The notes under the pieces are model-generated. The model was not told the origin of the DNA. It did no database searches and saw only the letters and a program-made list of their open reading frames with translations. From the NCBI GenBank assembly GCA_963695855.1, contig CAVOHZ010000010.1:1536001-1600000 (forward strand): 64,000 nt of DNA, given 5' to 3'. The translations under genes and the position numbers were made by a program. Below, in pieces: positions 20,771 to 31,272 of the stretch. The stretch comes from an uncultured Nitrososphaerales archaeon (GTDB taxonomy: Archaea; Thermoproteota; Nitrososphaeria; Nitrososphaerales; Nitrososphaeraceae). Position 1 is the stretch's first letter, and every line of letters starts with the position of its first letter.

Positions 20771-20859
20771 ATATCATTAATAAAATCTTCTTATAGCAAT
20801 TAATATTATCGATACTCAATTATGGAATACAAGTATATTATAATGTTGATTATAAAGAC

Positions 20860-21030
20860 TTAGTATGAATGTACCTCTGCCTTGTGTTCTCGAAGGTATT
20901 TTTTTTTCTTGAACCTTTCATTGCATTTATCACATTTGAAAGGCATATCAAATTCCAGAAGAAATCTTTTTTTCCTTTCCTCTGCAGTTTCTACAACTTG
21001 ATTGGATTCAGGATTAACTGAATTATTCAT
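20860..21030 (-). CDS. 56-aa C2H2 zinc-finger microprotein (not in ORF track)
   Basis: MNNSVNPESNQVVETAEERKKRFLLEFDMPFKCDKCNERFKKKKYLREHKAEVHSY; F-x-C-x2-C-x3-F-x5-L-x2-H-x4-H. Confidence 0.85.
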   Translation of the reverse strand: MNNSVNPESNQVVETAEERKKRFLLEFDMPFKCDKCNERFKKKKYLREHKAEVHSY

Positions 21031-21246
21031 TTTGCTTATCTCCTAGCAAATTATTTTTAATCTTTATTTAGTTTTAGATATATAGTTATGTTAAAAAAGT
21101 TATTAATAAAATTACTTTTATTTTTATAGAAATATTATAAATTTGATTTTATATGAATATTCAACAATATAAATCTTATATAAAACAGAAAATTCGTGAA
21201 TCAAAATAGAATTATATATTGATGAAATTAATTTAGTTATTTAAAT

Positions 21247-21347
21247 GCCGTCGTAGCTCAGCCTGGGAGAGCACTCGACTCGTTATGGTAATCACGAGGG
21301 TGAAGCTGAAGACCGAGCTGTCGTGAGATCAAATCTCACCGACGGCA
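21247..21347 (+). tRNA. tRNA-Phe(GAA) with a 27-nt intron in the anticodon stem (about 21278-21304, position 30/31)
   Basis: Acceptor GCCGTCG/CGACGGC, D arm GCTC/GAGC, T arm GTGAG/CTCAC; removing the intron restores CTCGG-CTGAAGA-CCGAG. Confidence 0.9.
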
Positions 21348-21390
21348 TTAATTAATAATATATTATACTACTCACATTAGGATCGTATTA

Positions 21391-21555
21391 TTGAATGCTA
21401 TAATACAACTACTTAGAAGATTATTTTGTTCACATAGTGATTCATTCTCTTTCAGATTATACAATAATTTTGATTTCAGTGAATATTATAAGTGTGCAAA
21501 ATGCGGCAAAATCTTAGGTTATTTTAGCGGATTTGACGAGGATCTGAGAGGTTGA
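21391..21555 (+). CDS. 54-aa Cys/His microprotein, putative zinc binder (not in ORF track)
   Basis: TTG start: MNAIIQLLRRLFCSHSDSFSFRLYNNFDFSEYYKCAKCGKILGYFSGFDEDLRG; stop overlaps the next start (TTGA). Confidence 0.65.
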   Translation: MNAIIQLLRRLFCSHSDSFSFRLYNNFDFSEYYKCAKCGKILGYFSGFDEDLRG

Positions 21556-21764
21556 TAAAATTAGTTACTAAAATTAGTCTTCAATTGCTAATAGTAAGTT
21601 GGTGGATAGGAGCTTCGATAGCATTAGCTTCGTTTTTGATCCCGGTATATAACTATCATATTATTGTTGCATTTATTGGATGGTCAATTATTGTTGGAAG
21701 TACTATACTAATAATTTATGAAATAAAGAAAATAAAGGAAGAGGATAGAAAAACTAAGTCATAG
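21552..21764 (+). CDS. small two-helix membrane protein
   Basis: Two hydrophobic stretches and a charged tail. Confidence 0.65.
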   Translation: MIKLVTKISLQLLIVSWWIGASIALASFLIPVYNYHIIVAFIGWSIIVGSTILIIYEIKKIKEEDRKTKS

Positions 21765-21803
21765 AATAACTATGTAGAATTGCTAAATATAAATAAAATT
21801 AGA

Positions 21804-22058
21804 TTAAAGACTTTCTTTCCCACCTTGTTCCTCTATTACTACTAAAGTAACTGTTGAGGTAATACCAGGGATTTTCCTTATCTTGTTTGTGATCGTGTTA
21901 TTCATTGATTCAGTATCACTGGATCGAACTTTAACAAACACATCATGAACGCCATAGGTTCCTCTTACTTCCTTCACATCTGACAACGTTGTCAATTCGC
22001 TAATTATTTTTTCTTCCGAGCCTAAAGTACAATTAACCAAAATATATGCTGTGGGCAT
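21804..22058 (-). CDS. stand-alone Lrp/AsnC ligand-binding (RAM) domain protein
   Basis: AYILVN, GTYGVHD, IRKIPGITSTVTL. Confidence 0.88.
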   Translation of the reverse strand: MPTAYILVNCTLGSEEKIISELTTLSDVKEVRGTYGVHDVFVKVRSSDTESMNNTITNKIRKIPGITSTVTLVVIEEQGGKESL

Positions 22059-22213
22059 TGATTTATCTTGTTTTGATTAATATTTTAGTTTTATTTTTTT
22101 TTAACCAAAATATTGCCAAATAGATAAGATATTTATCAAAGCTATTGAGAATAGACACAGACTAAAAGTTTTTCAAAATCTATTTTAAAGTTAAATAATT
22201 ATAATTATCTAAA

Positions 22214-23077
22214 ATGCGGCTACCTTCAAAAGGAGACGATGAATTCGTTTCAAATATTAATAAAGAAGTAGATAGGATTAACTATGAATTTATAACATTT
22301 CTGAAACCCAAATTGATCATGCAAAAGGTTAATGTCATGTTAGGAGATGGAACTATTACCACTTCAGAAACATTCGATCCAAGAGAAATTCGGAATTTGT
22401 TTCAAAGCTTTTTGAAAGTATTAGACGGGTGGATTGTATCTGATATTTCTGAATCTAAGACTGATGATTTGCATCGTTTATTTTTTCAGATTTCAACTAC
22501 TATAGATAAATTTTATATTTATGGATATTTTGGGATACAATTTCATGCACTATCATTCTACAATGTTGATAAAAGAGTTATTGAAATACAAAAAGAATTA
22601 ATAAAACTCAATCAAGAACAATTTGAAAGTTTTTCTTTATTAACAGAAAAAGGAAATGAAACAATAAAAGAAGAATTGAAAAAAAGTGGAAAAGATATGC
22701 TAAACTTTGAAGAATTATTCACGATACTATTTGAGGATCCTCAACTAATGTCAAGATTGGAAAAAATTGCCTTACGACATGAAAAAGACTTTCCAGAAAT
22801 AACGATTTTGAACAGAAAGAGAGAGCGTTTAGTATCAGAGTTAAACGATATGGTTAGAGAGCTATACAGAATATCTACAATTGGAATAGATTACAACAGA
22901 TTGATGCAAGGAGAGGAAGGAATTATATCTTATTTCGAAATAGCAGGTATCAGTAATAAAAAGAGTGGTATAAGAGATCCCTATATAAATACAAAAATAA
23001 TTAAAAAAGCAACGACAGAAAGTATTCTTGAAAAATTAAATGAAATAGTTCGTATATTAAAACTAGTATCCAGTTAA
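22214..23077 (+). CDS. hypothetical protein
   Basis: 287-aa ORF with coiled-coil-like segments; family not recognised. Confidence 0.75.
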   Translation: MRLPSKGDDEFVSNINKEVDRINYEFITFLKPKLIMQKVNVMLGDGTITTSETFDPREIRNLFQSFLKVLDGWIVSDISESKTDDLHRLFFQISTTIDKFYIYGYFGIQFHALSFYNVDKRVIEIQKELIKLNQEQFESFSLLTEKGNETIKEELKKSGKDMLNFEELFTILFEDPQLMSRLEKIALRHEKDFPEITILNRKRERLVSELNDMVRELYRISTIGIDYNRLMQGEEGIISYFEIAGISNKKSGIRDPYINTKIIKKATTESILEKLNEIVRILKLVSS

Positions 23078-23138
23078 TCTTCTTATTTTAATAAAATAGC
23101 AAATTATAATTAGAAATGAAAATCTATTCTTTAATATA

Positions 23139-24380
23139 ATGAGCAGTGATTTAAATTTAGAAACAAAAAAATTTCCGGTCTATGAGGATATTATAAGAAG
23201 TAGAGAAGTATTAAAAAGCTTTGTTGGAAAAACTTCTCTCTATAAATCTAATACTTTTTCTAAAATTATAGGTACGAATGTTTTCTTAAAAAATGAGGCT
23301 TTGCAAAAAACAGGATCCTTTAAAGTAAGAGGAGCACTTTACAAGATCCAATCTTTATCTGAGGAAGAAATAAAATATGGAATCATAGCTGCATCAGCAG
23401 GTAATCATGCTCAAGGTGTAGCTTATGCGGCGGGTATAAGAAATGTTCCATGTACAATTGTAATGCCAATTAATGCATCTCCTGCAAAAATTGCTGCAAC
23501 AAGATCTTATAATGCACAAGTTATTCTAAGAGGTTCTGACTATGATGAGGCTTGGATAATGGCAAAGGAAATGGCAAGAAACGAGAACAAGACTATAATA
23601 CATGCCTTTGATGATCCCAAGGTAATAGCTGGACAAGGTTCTATAGGTTTAGAGTTAATGGAAGATCTACCTGACCTGGATGAGGTTTATCTTCCTGTAG
23701 GTGGAGGGGGTCTTGCTGCAGGGGTTGCTATAGCAATAAAAGAGAAAAAAAGAAATGTTAGAATTATTGGTGTTGAATCGAAGGCATTTCCTGCAATGAA
23801 AGAATCTTTAGAGAAAGGATCGATTCAGACAAAAAAAGGAGAATTTAGTATAGCTGATGGAATTGCAGTAAAATCGCCAGGAAATTTAACTTTTGAAATA
23901 GCAAAAAAATATCTCGACGATGTAGTATTAGTTGATGATAGTTCCATAGTAAAAACTATGTTTCTATTAATGGAAAGATTGAAGTTAGTCATCGAACCTG
24001 CTGGTGCAGCAAGTTTAGCTTATTTAATGACCAGTGGTCACAAAAATAAAAATAAAAAAATTGTATCAATTCTTTCAGGAGGCAATGTTGATATGTATCT
24101 ACTTGGACAGGTAGTGGCAAAAGGACTTATGCAAATGAACAGAATGTTAAAAATTTTTATACAATTACCAGACAAACCTGGAGCTTTGAAAACTGTTGTA
24201 GACGGTATTTCTGATCTAAGCGTAAATATTGTTGAGGTAGTACATGATAGACTCAGTTCAAATATCGCTGCAGGAACAGCAGGAGTTTATTTAAGCTTAG
24301 AATTGGAAAATGAGAAACATTCAGAACTTTTGATAGAGTTTCTAAAGAGAAAAGAAATAGATTTCAAAATAATTACATAA
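23139..24380 (+). CDS. ilvA: threonine ammonia-lyase with C-terminal ACT domain
   Basis: TGSFKVRGA (PLP lysine), SAGNHAQG, VGGGGL, LPDKPGAL. Confidence 0.92.
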   Translation: MSSDLNLETKKFPVYEDIIRSREVLKSFVGKTSLYKSNTFSKIIGTNVFLKNEALQKTGSFKVRGALYKIQSLSEEEIKYGIIAASAGNHAQGVAYAAGIRNVPCTIVMPINASPAKIAATRSYNAQVILRGSDYDEAWIMAKEMARNENKTIIHAFDDPKVIAGQGSIGLELMEDLPDLDEVYLPVGGGGLAAGVAIAIKEKKRNVRIIGVESKAFPAMKESLEKGSIQTKKGEFSIADGIAVKSPGNLTFEIAKKYLDDVVLVDDSSIVKTMFLLMERLKLVIEPAGAASLAYLMTSGHKNKNKKIVSILSGGNVDMYLLGQVVAKGLMQMNRMLKIFIQLPDKPGALKTVVDGISDLSVNIVEVVHDRLSSNIAAGTAGVYLSLELENEKHSELLIEFLKRKEIDFKIIT

Positions 24381-24698
24381 AGCCAGTTAATAATTACTTT
24401 TCTTTATATCTTATTTCATACCTCAATTTAAAGATACAATCAGTTTTATTTCACTGATATACTTTATCTATGTATTGGTAGCAATAACTTTTTGCCTTTT
24501 TATTGGATTGAGTAATTATTTTATTCTAGGAAACACTAGTGATTTGTTGTTGCAATTGTTTTTGATATGAATTTCTTAGACACATAAACATAACTCATTA
24601 TTTTCTTTCAACTTTGAAATGTCTGAAATCCGTTTTTCAAAAGTACAATTGAAGATATATCAAATAGTTTCCTTTAATAAATATCAAATTCTATATTT

Positions 24699-25961
24699 TT
24701 AAAATCCGCACTTAATTGGATCTTTAGGTTTTATTAATTCTCTTAACAAAGTCGTTGCATATGATCCCTTTGGTAGTTTAAAGGAAAGAATATTTGATCC
24801 TGAATGCATGAAATCAGTACAACATAGAGATGTCTGTCTAAATCCCGTCTGTAGACTTAGTTCCTGCAATTCTTTTACGTAGAAATTAATTGGCAATATT
24901 TCATCATCATGTAAAATTCTTCTAATTATATTATCAAATCTACTATCCTTTCCTGCCTGAAAGTTATACCCAACAAGGCGTATTGCTGGAATGATATTTT
25001 CATATGAATCAACTTTGCTAAATTTTTTTATTTTTCCAAAAATCAATGGTTTTTCTATTTCGAAACATAGATCTCCATTATTGGATACATGAATATCTTC
25101 ACCTTTAAGGATTGCTGTACTAAGGCACTTATTATAAACATAGGATTGATAGGCATGAACAAATAATCTTCTGATAGATATTGGGAGAGACCTTAATGCA
25201 AAAATCGGTCCTTTTCCATCAGCAAGAACAGACATTATTTTTCTTTCTAAATCCATGCCTTTTGGGATATTTTTGATCAGTATAGGATAATTTTTTGGAT
25301 CTCGACTCTTTTCCCTGATCTCTTTTGAGAATTTGGAATCATATATAGAAGTATAACAAAGTAAATATTCTATTGCTTTATCAAATTGTCTTTTTAAAAT
25401 AGCTTTTCCAACTAAATGTGTCACCATACGTTCGCTTCCAAATCGTTGCAATCCATAAAAATTAGCTATTTTGTTTATTTCTGATGAAAATAAACTCAGA
25501 TCATCTTTTAATACGTTGTGAATTCTTATCTCAAAATTGTTTCCAATGAGTATAGATTTCGACAAGGGTTTACTCAAAAATCCTAATAAAGATAGCCGAA
25601 TTTTTGAAGTTTGAATCTCTCTTGGAAAGTTCTTTGTATTTTCCGCACTTGCATATTGAACTGTTATGGCCTTTGCATCCTTGATACCTAATATTCTTAG
25701 ATTTAATCCTGTTTTCTTTTTGATCTCGATTAAAGCATGATTTGAATCCAAACCATTTTTTTGTAACAAAAAAAGAGGGAATTTATTAGTTTTATTTTGT
25801 TGAGAAGAGAAATAAGGAGATTTTAAAAAAGATTCATTTATCAATTCGGAAACATAGAAATCATTATTTTTTTCTTTTATTCTCCCATTTATGCCTGGGA
25901 ATTCTGTACAATAACAGTCTATACCGGCTTGACGATCGATATCTGGAACGATATTTGCCAC
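24699..25961 (-). CDS. truD: tRNA pseudouridine(13) synthase
   Basis: GIKDAKAIT, NFYGLQRFG, FKLPKGSYAT. Confidence 0.92.
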   Translation of the reverse strand: MANIVPDIDRQAGIDCYCTEFPGINGRIKEKNNDFYVSELINESFLKSPYFSSQQNKTNKFPLFLLQKNGLDSNHALIEIKKKTGLNLRILGIKDAKAITVQYASAENTKNFPREIQTSKIRLSLLGFLSKPLSKSILIGNNFEIRIHNVLKDDLSLFSSEINKIANFYGLQRFGSERMVTHLVGKAILKRQFDKAIEYLLCYTSIYDSKFSKEIREKSRDPKNYPILIKNIPKGMDLERKIMSVLADGKGPIFALRSLPISIRRLFVHAYQSYVYNKCLSTAILKGEDIHVSNNGDLCFEIEKPLIFGKIKKFSKVDSYENIIPAIRLVGYNFQAGKDSRFDNIIRRILHDDEILPINFYVKELQELSLQTGFRQTSLCCTDFMHSGSNILSFKLPKGSYATTLLRELIKPKDPIKCGF

Positions 25962-26063
25962 AAAATCAGGTCATTAAAGATAAATATAAACAATTCAATG
26001 ACATTCTATATCAAAGGGTAAAAATAAGGATTTATATTCAAACAAAGTATAAATTAATTAGAT

Positions 26064-26456
26064 ATGGGATTGGTGATGTACATGGCAAAAGAAGTAATGA
26101 AAGAAATTAATAACAAATCCAAGGAATTTTATGAATTTGTCCTTCCTCCTGTAGATATGCTAGATAATGGAAAAGATTTATTGATTATTATTGATTTACC
26201 TGGATTCGATAAAAAGGATATTGACCTTAGAATAACAAAGAATATACTTTCAATAAAAGCAAATAGAAAAGACAATAACGAGGATAGCACAAGTACAGTT
26301 TACTTTAAACATAGACCTACCAAGATAAATAAGAAAATAATTTTACCTTTCTCAGTTGAAGACGAAGAAATAACTGGAACTGCCAATTATTTAGATGGGA
26401 TAGTTACTTTACGTATTCCTCTTAAAAAGAGTGGTAGTGAGATACCAGTTACTTAA
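26064..26456 (+). CDS. small heat-shock protein (Hsp20 family)
   Basis: PPVD, DLPGF, YLDGIVTLRIP, C-terminal IPV. Confidence 0.9.
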   Translation: MGLVMYMAKEVMKEINNKSKEFYEFVLPPVDMLDNGKDLLIIIDLPGFDKKDIDLRITKNILSIKANRKDNNEDSTSTVYFKHRPTKINKKIILPFSVEDEEITGTANYLDGIVTLRIPLKKSGSEIPVT

Positions 26457-26624
26457 TTTACGATAAGTGATTAAAAATTACTTTTAATTAAGATTTGGTT
26501 AACTTGTTCGTCGATAGACTAAGCTTTTTACATGTTAAACTTTTCAGGAGTCAGGAAAAATAATGGATCTCTATAACATGATTGTAGGATAAAATCCATC
26601 CTCAATCAATTAAATCCTTAGATA

Positions 26625-27545
26625 TCATTCAGCTGATAAATCCCAATAATTTGCATCCTTAAATTCTATTTTTGGCTTACCTAATGCTTTCCAATCTTTA
26701 AATGATTTAGAATATAATTTCACATTTTTGACTCCAGCCAATTTTAATGCATAGTATGCTAGTCCGGATAACGTACCTACACTTCCACAGTAAGTAATCA
26801 CTTCAGAATCTGGTTCAATTCCCCTATTTTCAATAAAACGTTTCAGATCTTGCACTGGTCGCAAAATGTTGTCAACGGTTCCCAACATTGTATATGGAAT
26901 ATTTTTTGCGTTTGGAATATGTTCTGTTAAAAAGTTTAGTCGTTCTCTAGAATCTATTAAGATCTTGTTAGGATTATTTTGTGTAGATTCCACATAGTTC
27001 GCATCTGCATGAATAGATTGATTTAATTTTAGAGAATGGACTTTTCTAGGAAAAGTATTATTCTTTTTTTCTATTTCTAAACCAAGATTTTTCCAATTCG
27101 TAAAAGTCATTTCAAGCAACGAGGTATTATCATGTCCGACATATTGAAAGGTCCATGCTACTCTTGCAGCTAAAGCTCCAAAAGTATCATCATAAACAAC
27201 TAGTGGAGTTTCTTTTGATACTCCAATATCTTCCAATATTTTTATGATCTGCTCAGGAGTATCATTAGAAATTATTTTTGCAAGAGGTAATGAGACTGCA
27301 GTGGGAATATGTGCTTTCTTATAGTCTTCGGATCTACGAACATCTACAACTCTAACAGATTTTTTTCTGATTAATGTTCTTAATGTATCTACATCACAGA
27401 TTATTGGAAGTGGTGAATATGACTTTTTTAATTCCTGTCTTTTCGTAACAGAATCTTTTGGTGGTATTACATGTCTCTTATATCGGTTTTGTGTATTTTT
27501 TTTAATATTTTCTTTTATTGTAACACTTTTTTTCAAGCGGCGCAT
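26625..27545 (-). CDS. two-domain rhodanese/sulfurtransferase
   Basis: Two HIP motifs, ITYCGS active-site loop; overlaps the sulfite reductase stop. Confidence 0.88.
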   Translation of the reverse strand: MRRLKKSVTIKENIKKNTQNRYKRHVIPPKDSVTKRQELKKSYSPLPIICDVDTLRTLIRKKSVRVVDVRRSEDYKKAHIPTAVSLPLAKIISNDTPEQIIKILEDIGVSKETPLVVYDDTFGALAARVAWTFQYVGHDNTSLLEMTFTNWKNLGLEIEKKNNTFPRKVHSLKLNQSIHADANYVESTQNNPNKILIDSRERLNFLTEHIPNAKNIPYTMLGTVDNILRPVQDLKRFIENRGIEPDSEVITYCGSVGTLSGLAYYALKLAGVKNVKLYSKSFKDWKALGKPKIEFKDANYWDLSAE

Positions 27546-29374
27546 TCGCCCCTGGCAGTTTTTGCACTAAATTTAACATCGTTTCCGTAATCCTGATATA
27601 AATCAGGAGACTCTTCAGATGAAGTAAGTTGCACTACTGGAATCAGAGCAGTTTTAATATCTTCTATACTTTTTATAGTACCATTTGCATTACCAGCCAA
27701 AATATGATCTATCCACAAGCTCAATGGTTCATTAGATTTTTCTTGTTTATATAATTCCACTATTTTCTGAATAACTTCTATGACTCTTTTGGCAGGTACA
27801 CGCATAATGGCTTTCCCCAATTTAGATTCTTCCTCCGAGCTTCCTCCAAACAGCATGGTATATACTGGTGCCATTGTATCACCTATTCTTGCCGCACCTC
27901 CAAAAAATCCGATGGTTGCAATCTCATGTTGTCCACAGGAATTAGGACATCCACTTATTTTGATTGTCGAAGTACGGAGACTGTCATCAATATCAAAACC
28001 TAGCTCTAAAAGATTACGTTGCACTTCCTTTGCCAATCTGTGAGAATTGGTGATTGCCAGATTGCAAGATGTAGTACCCGAACAACCTACTGCTGACGTT
28101 ATTGTCAACGCACCGGGATTTCCCATTCCACTACTATTTAATCTTTTATAAACCTTGGACAAATCATTGTAATGAACATATCGTATTGCGAAATTTTGTT
28201 GGGGTGTATTTCTTGCAACACCTTCAATAGAAAAGTCGCGAATAAGTACGGCCAAAGATCTTAGTTGATTTGCAGTTATATCACCTGCTCCTAAGGTTAC
28301 AAATATTGTGAAGTATCCTTTTTGCTTCTGTGTTACAGTATTTGTGTGTAACCAGCGATCATATCCAGAACTATCTAAGGAAATGGATTCGCTGACAAGT
28401 GGCAATTTACTATTTAACTTCGGGGCTTTGGAAAGTGACATCTGAAAAGAATCATAGTTGAATTGTTGTATTGCAAAAAGATCACGTGTAGATTCAGAAA
28501 TTGTCATCTGCATTATTTTTCTTTCCTTCAAGATTAATTTTTGAAATTTCTCCCATCCTATTTCATTTACCAAATATCGCATTCTATTTCTAGCCATGTT
28601 TTCTCTATTTCCATGTCTGTCGAATATCCTGATAGTAGCCATACAAGTTGATAGAAGATGGTCTTCTGGAGTAAAATCTTCCAACAGATGACCTATAAAT
28701 GAAGCGGCTCCTAGACCGCCACCAAGATATATTCTAAATCCTTTTTTTCCATCTTTTATATCAGGAATCAAACCTATGTCTGCTATCCTAACAAGACCGT
28801 GTTTATCACAGCAACCAAAATTAATTTTGAACTTACGTGGTAAATTTTGAGATATAGGATTACGTAAAAAGAACTTTGCTAGTGCTTTGGAATAAGGAGT
28901 AGCATCAAACATTTCGCCAGAACAGACACCAGCAAAATGGCTACACATGATATTTCTTACAGTATTACCACAGGCTTCTCTAGTGGTCAAACCAACTTCA
29001 ACTAATCCCCTCATAACCTCACTTACATCTTCTAACTGTACCCAATGTAGCTGAATATTTTGTCTAGTTGAAACATGAGCAGATCCTATAGAAAAAGATT
29101 CTGATAATTGTGCGATCTTCTCAAGCTGGTTTGGAGTTATTTCACCACCAGGAACTTTGATACGTATCATACTGTAATCTGGACGCAACCTAGAACCATA
29201 TGCACCATGTTGAAGTCTATATCTTCTAAAATCATCATCAGATAATTTTTCTTGACGATATAATTTAACTTGATTAGCAAAAGTGTCAGTTTCCTTTTCT
29301 AAACCCCATTTTTCATCAGGTCTAGTAAAAGACTTTGGTTTTTGCTTAATTTTCATGAAATCTTTTGTCTTCAA
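27533..29374 (-). CDS. ferredoxin-dependent sirohaem sulfite/nitrite reductase
   Basis: STRQNIQLH, LPRKFKI, CSGTTSC and SGCPNSC cluster ligands. Confidence 0.92.
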   Translation of the reverse strand: MKTKDFMKIKQKPKSFTRPDEKWGLEKETDTFANQVKLYRQEKLSDDDFRRYRLQHGAYGSRLRPDYSMIRIKVPGGEITPNQLEKIAQLSESFSIGSAHVSTRQNIQLHWVQLEDVSEVMRGLVEVGLTTREACGNTVRNIMCSHFAGVCSGEMFDATPYSKALAKFFLRNPISQNLPRKFKINFGCCDKHGLVRIADIGLIPDIKDGKKGFRIYLGGGLGAASFIGHLLEDFTPEDHLLSTCMATIRIFDRHGNRENMARNRMRYLVNEIGWEKFQKLILKERKIMQMTISESTRDLFAIQQFNYDSFQMSLSKAPKLNSKLPLVSESISLDSSGYDRWLHTNTVTQKQKGYFTIFVTLGAGDITANQLRSLAVLIRDFSIEGVARNTPQQNFAIRYVHYNDLSKVYKRLNSSGMGNPGALTITSAVGCSGTTSCNLAITNSHRLAKEVQRNLLELGFDIDDSLRTSTIKISGCPNSCGQHEIATIGFFGGAARIGDTMAPVYTMLFGGSSEEESKLGKAIMRVPAKRVIEVIQKIVELYKQEKSNEPLSLWIDHILAGNANGTIKSIEDIKTALIPVVQLTSSEESPDLYQDYGNDVKFSAKTARGECAA

Positions 29375-29632
29375 TATATTATTGAGTTGTTTGAAACCTT
29401 ATATTTTTTGTGGAATGGTATTTTAAAACAATAGACTTGCAATTCTATGGCAAGTTATTGTATAAATATCATAGTTTATTAAATGGATAATTTTTTGGTT
29501 AAATAATAAAGAAAAGATTTGAAAATCAAAATTTTTTAGAAATAGAATTAATAGTTAGTACATGATACTATTGTTTTTAAAAAGAATTTTTACTTAGTAC
29601 ACTTAAAATCAATAAATATGGGGTTATGTATA

Positions 29633-30166
29633 CTAAATTTTCTCTATAGATTTTCCAGTTGATGAAGGTATTATCTTCATTTTTGCAGATTCAAAATCGA
29701 ATTTTAGTTGTTTTCCTTCAAATATTCTATCTAACGTTATCGCAAGAGCAGCTATTTCGGAATGTGGTTGATTCCCTACGGCAATATTATAATCGGATAT
29801 TCTATAAACTTCGCTTGGAACCTTTTCTGCTCCTATAACTATAAGAAATTGATCCGTATTCTTTTTTATTGCTGGAATAACATCGTCAATGTTTATTCCA
29901 TACATGGTAAGATGAAGAACTGTTCCGCCCTTTTCCTTCCATCTCTTTAGAATATTCTTCCAATTAGTAACTAGTTCAATTTCAAAATTGAACTTGTTAT
30001 ATCCCCATCTATTATTTACGTCAACTAAAGTCGATTTTATTGAATCGTCGATATCAGTCATGTAAAGCTTGCTGCAACCAAAAGCTCTTGCTACCAAGGC
30101 CACATGAGTTGTAGTACGATAATCTCTAACTAATCTATGTCCTAAGCGAAGTATAGCAATATTCAT
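29633..30166 (-). CDS. trm56: tRNA (cytidine(56)-2'-O)-methyltransferase
   Basis: LRLGHR, RTTTHVALVARAFG, HLTMYG, NQPHSE. Confidence 0.93.
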   Translation of the reverse strand: MNIAILRLGHRLVRDYRTTTHVALVARAFGCSKLYMTDIDDSIKSTLVDVNNRWGYNKFNFEIELVTNWKNILKRWKEKGGTVLHLTMYGINIDDVIPAIKKNTDQFLIVIGAEKVPSEVYRISDYNIAVGNQPHSEIAALAITLDRIFEGKQLKFDFESAKMKIIPSSTGKSIEKI

Positions 30167-31272
30167 TTGAAAAATTTCCTATTGTTTTTCGGAGTAATTT
30201 TATTTCCACATATGATGGTCTCAATTAAATCCTTTAATTTATTGATATTATGTCCATTAGTAGATGAAATTGGCAAAACTATATGTTCAGAATTAGATAA
30301 CCCTAAATCAATCGATTTATCATAAGCATCATTGAGATCAGTTAAATCAATTTTATTAAGTAAATAAATTATTTTACCTGTGGGAACTTGTAATTCATTC
30401 ATTATATTAAGAGAACTATTCAATTTAATTCTGATATCTTTTATTTTTTGACTAATATCTATTACCAATAATATAAGTTTTGAAAATAATAGTTCATGTA
30501 AAGTTGATTTAAAAGCATCGATCATATAAGTAGGTAACTTATTAACGAAACCAACCGTATCTGTTACCAATACTTTGCTTTCATTAAGATTCATAGCACG
30601 TGTAAATGTAGATAATGTAGTAAACATTCCCTGTCCAGTAATCTTGGATTCTCCGGTCAAAGTATTAAATAAAGTAGTCTTACCAGCTGAAGTATAACCT
30701 ACCAATGAAATTATAGGAATACCTATTTTGTTTCTTTGAATGCGGTATAAATTTCTCCTTTTCTCTTCTTTCTCTAATTTCTTCTTTAAAACAGACATAC
30801 GCGATTTGACATCTAACATATAAACATCTGCATCGTATTTGCCTAGACCAAAAAAACCGGGTTGTTCTCCCATTTTAGCTAGTCGAACTTTTTCACGGAT
30901 TCTTATCATTTCGTATCTTAATTGAGCTAATTTGATCTGAATACGAGATTCTGAGTTACTTGCCCTGCGTTCGAAAATCTCTAAAATGATACGCTCCCTA
31001 TCTATAACATCTTTCTTACATAAACTTGCTAAATTATATTGTTGACTAGGCTTTAAAACCTCATCAAAGATAATAACATTTATTTTTAGTTCTTTGAGCA
31101 TGTCATTAACTTCTTGAGCCTTACCTTTTCCTATCCCATATTTTGATTTTGTTATATGTTTCTGTTTAACTATTTTCTCAACCTTATAACCAGCTGCTTC
31201 AGCTAATGATAAAGCTTCGTTGATTGATTCTTCCGTCGGATACGTTATTAAAATTGCATTAGTAATATTCAA
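30163..31272 (-). CDS. hflX: ribosome-associated GTPase HflX
   Basis: GYTSAGKTT, FTTL, DTVGF, NKID. Confidence 0.93.
   Translation of the reverse strand: MNITNAILITYPTEESINEALSLAEAAGYKVEKIVKQKHITKSKYGIGKGKAQEVNDMLKELKINVIIFDEVLKPSQQYNLASLCKKDVIDRERIILEIFERRASNSESRIQIKLAQLRYEMIRIREKVRLAKMGEQPGFFGLGKYDADVYMLDVKSRMSVLKKKLEKEEKRRNLYRIQRNKIGIPIISLVGYTSAGKTTLFNTLTGESKITGQGMFTTLSTFTRAMNLNESKVLVTDTVGFVNKLPTYMIDAFKSTLHELLFSKLILLVIDISQKIKDIRIKLNSSLNIMNELQVPTGKIIYLLNKIDLTDLNDAYDKSIDLGLSNSEHIVLPISSTNGHNINKLKDLIETIICGNKITPKNNRKFFK

Noticed and set aside
21247-22058. tRNA-Phe as an integration site of an island
   Set aside because: No integrase and no duplicated tRNA 3' end seen in the window
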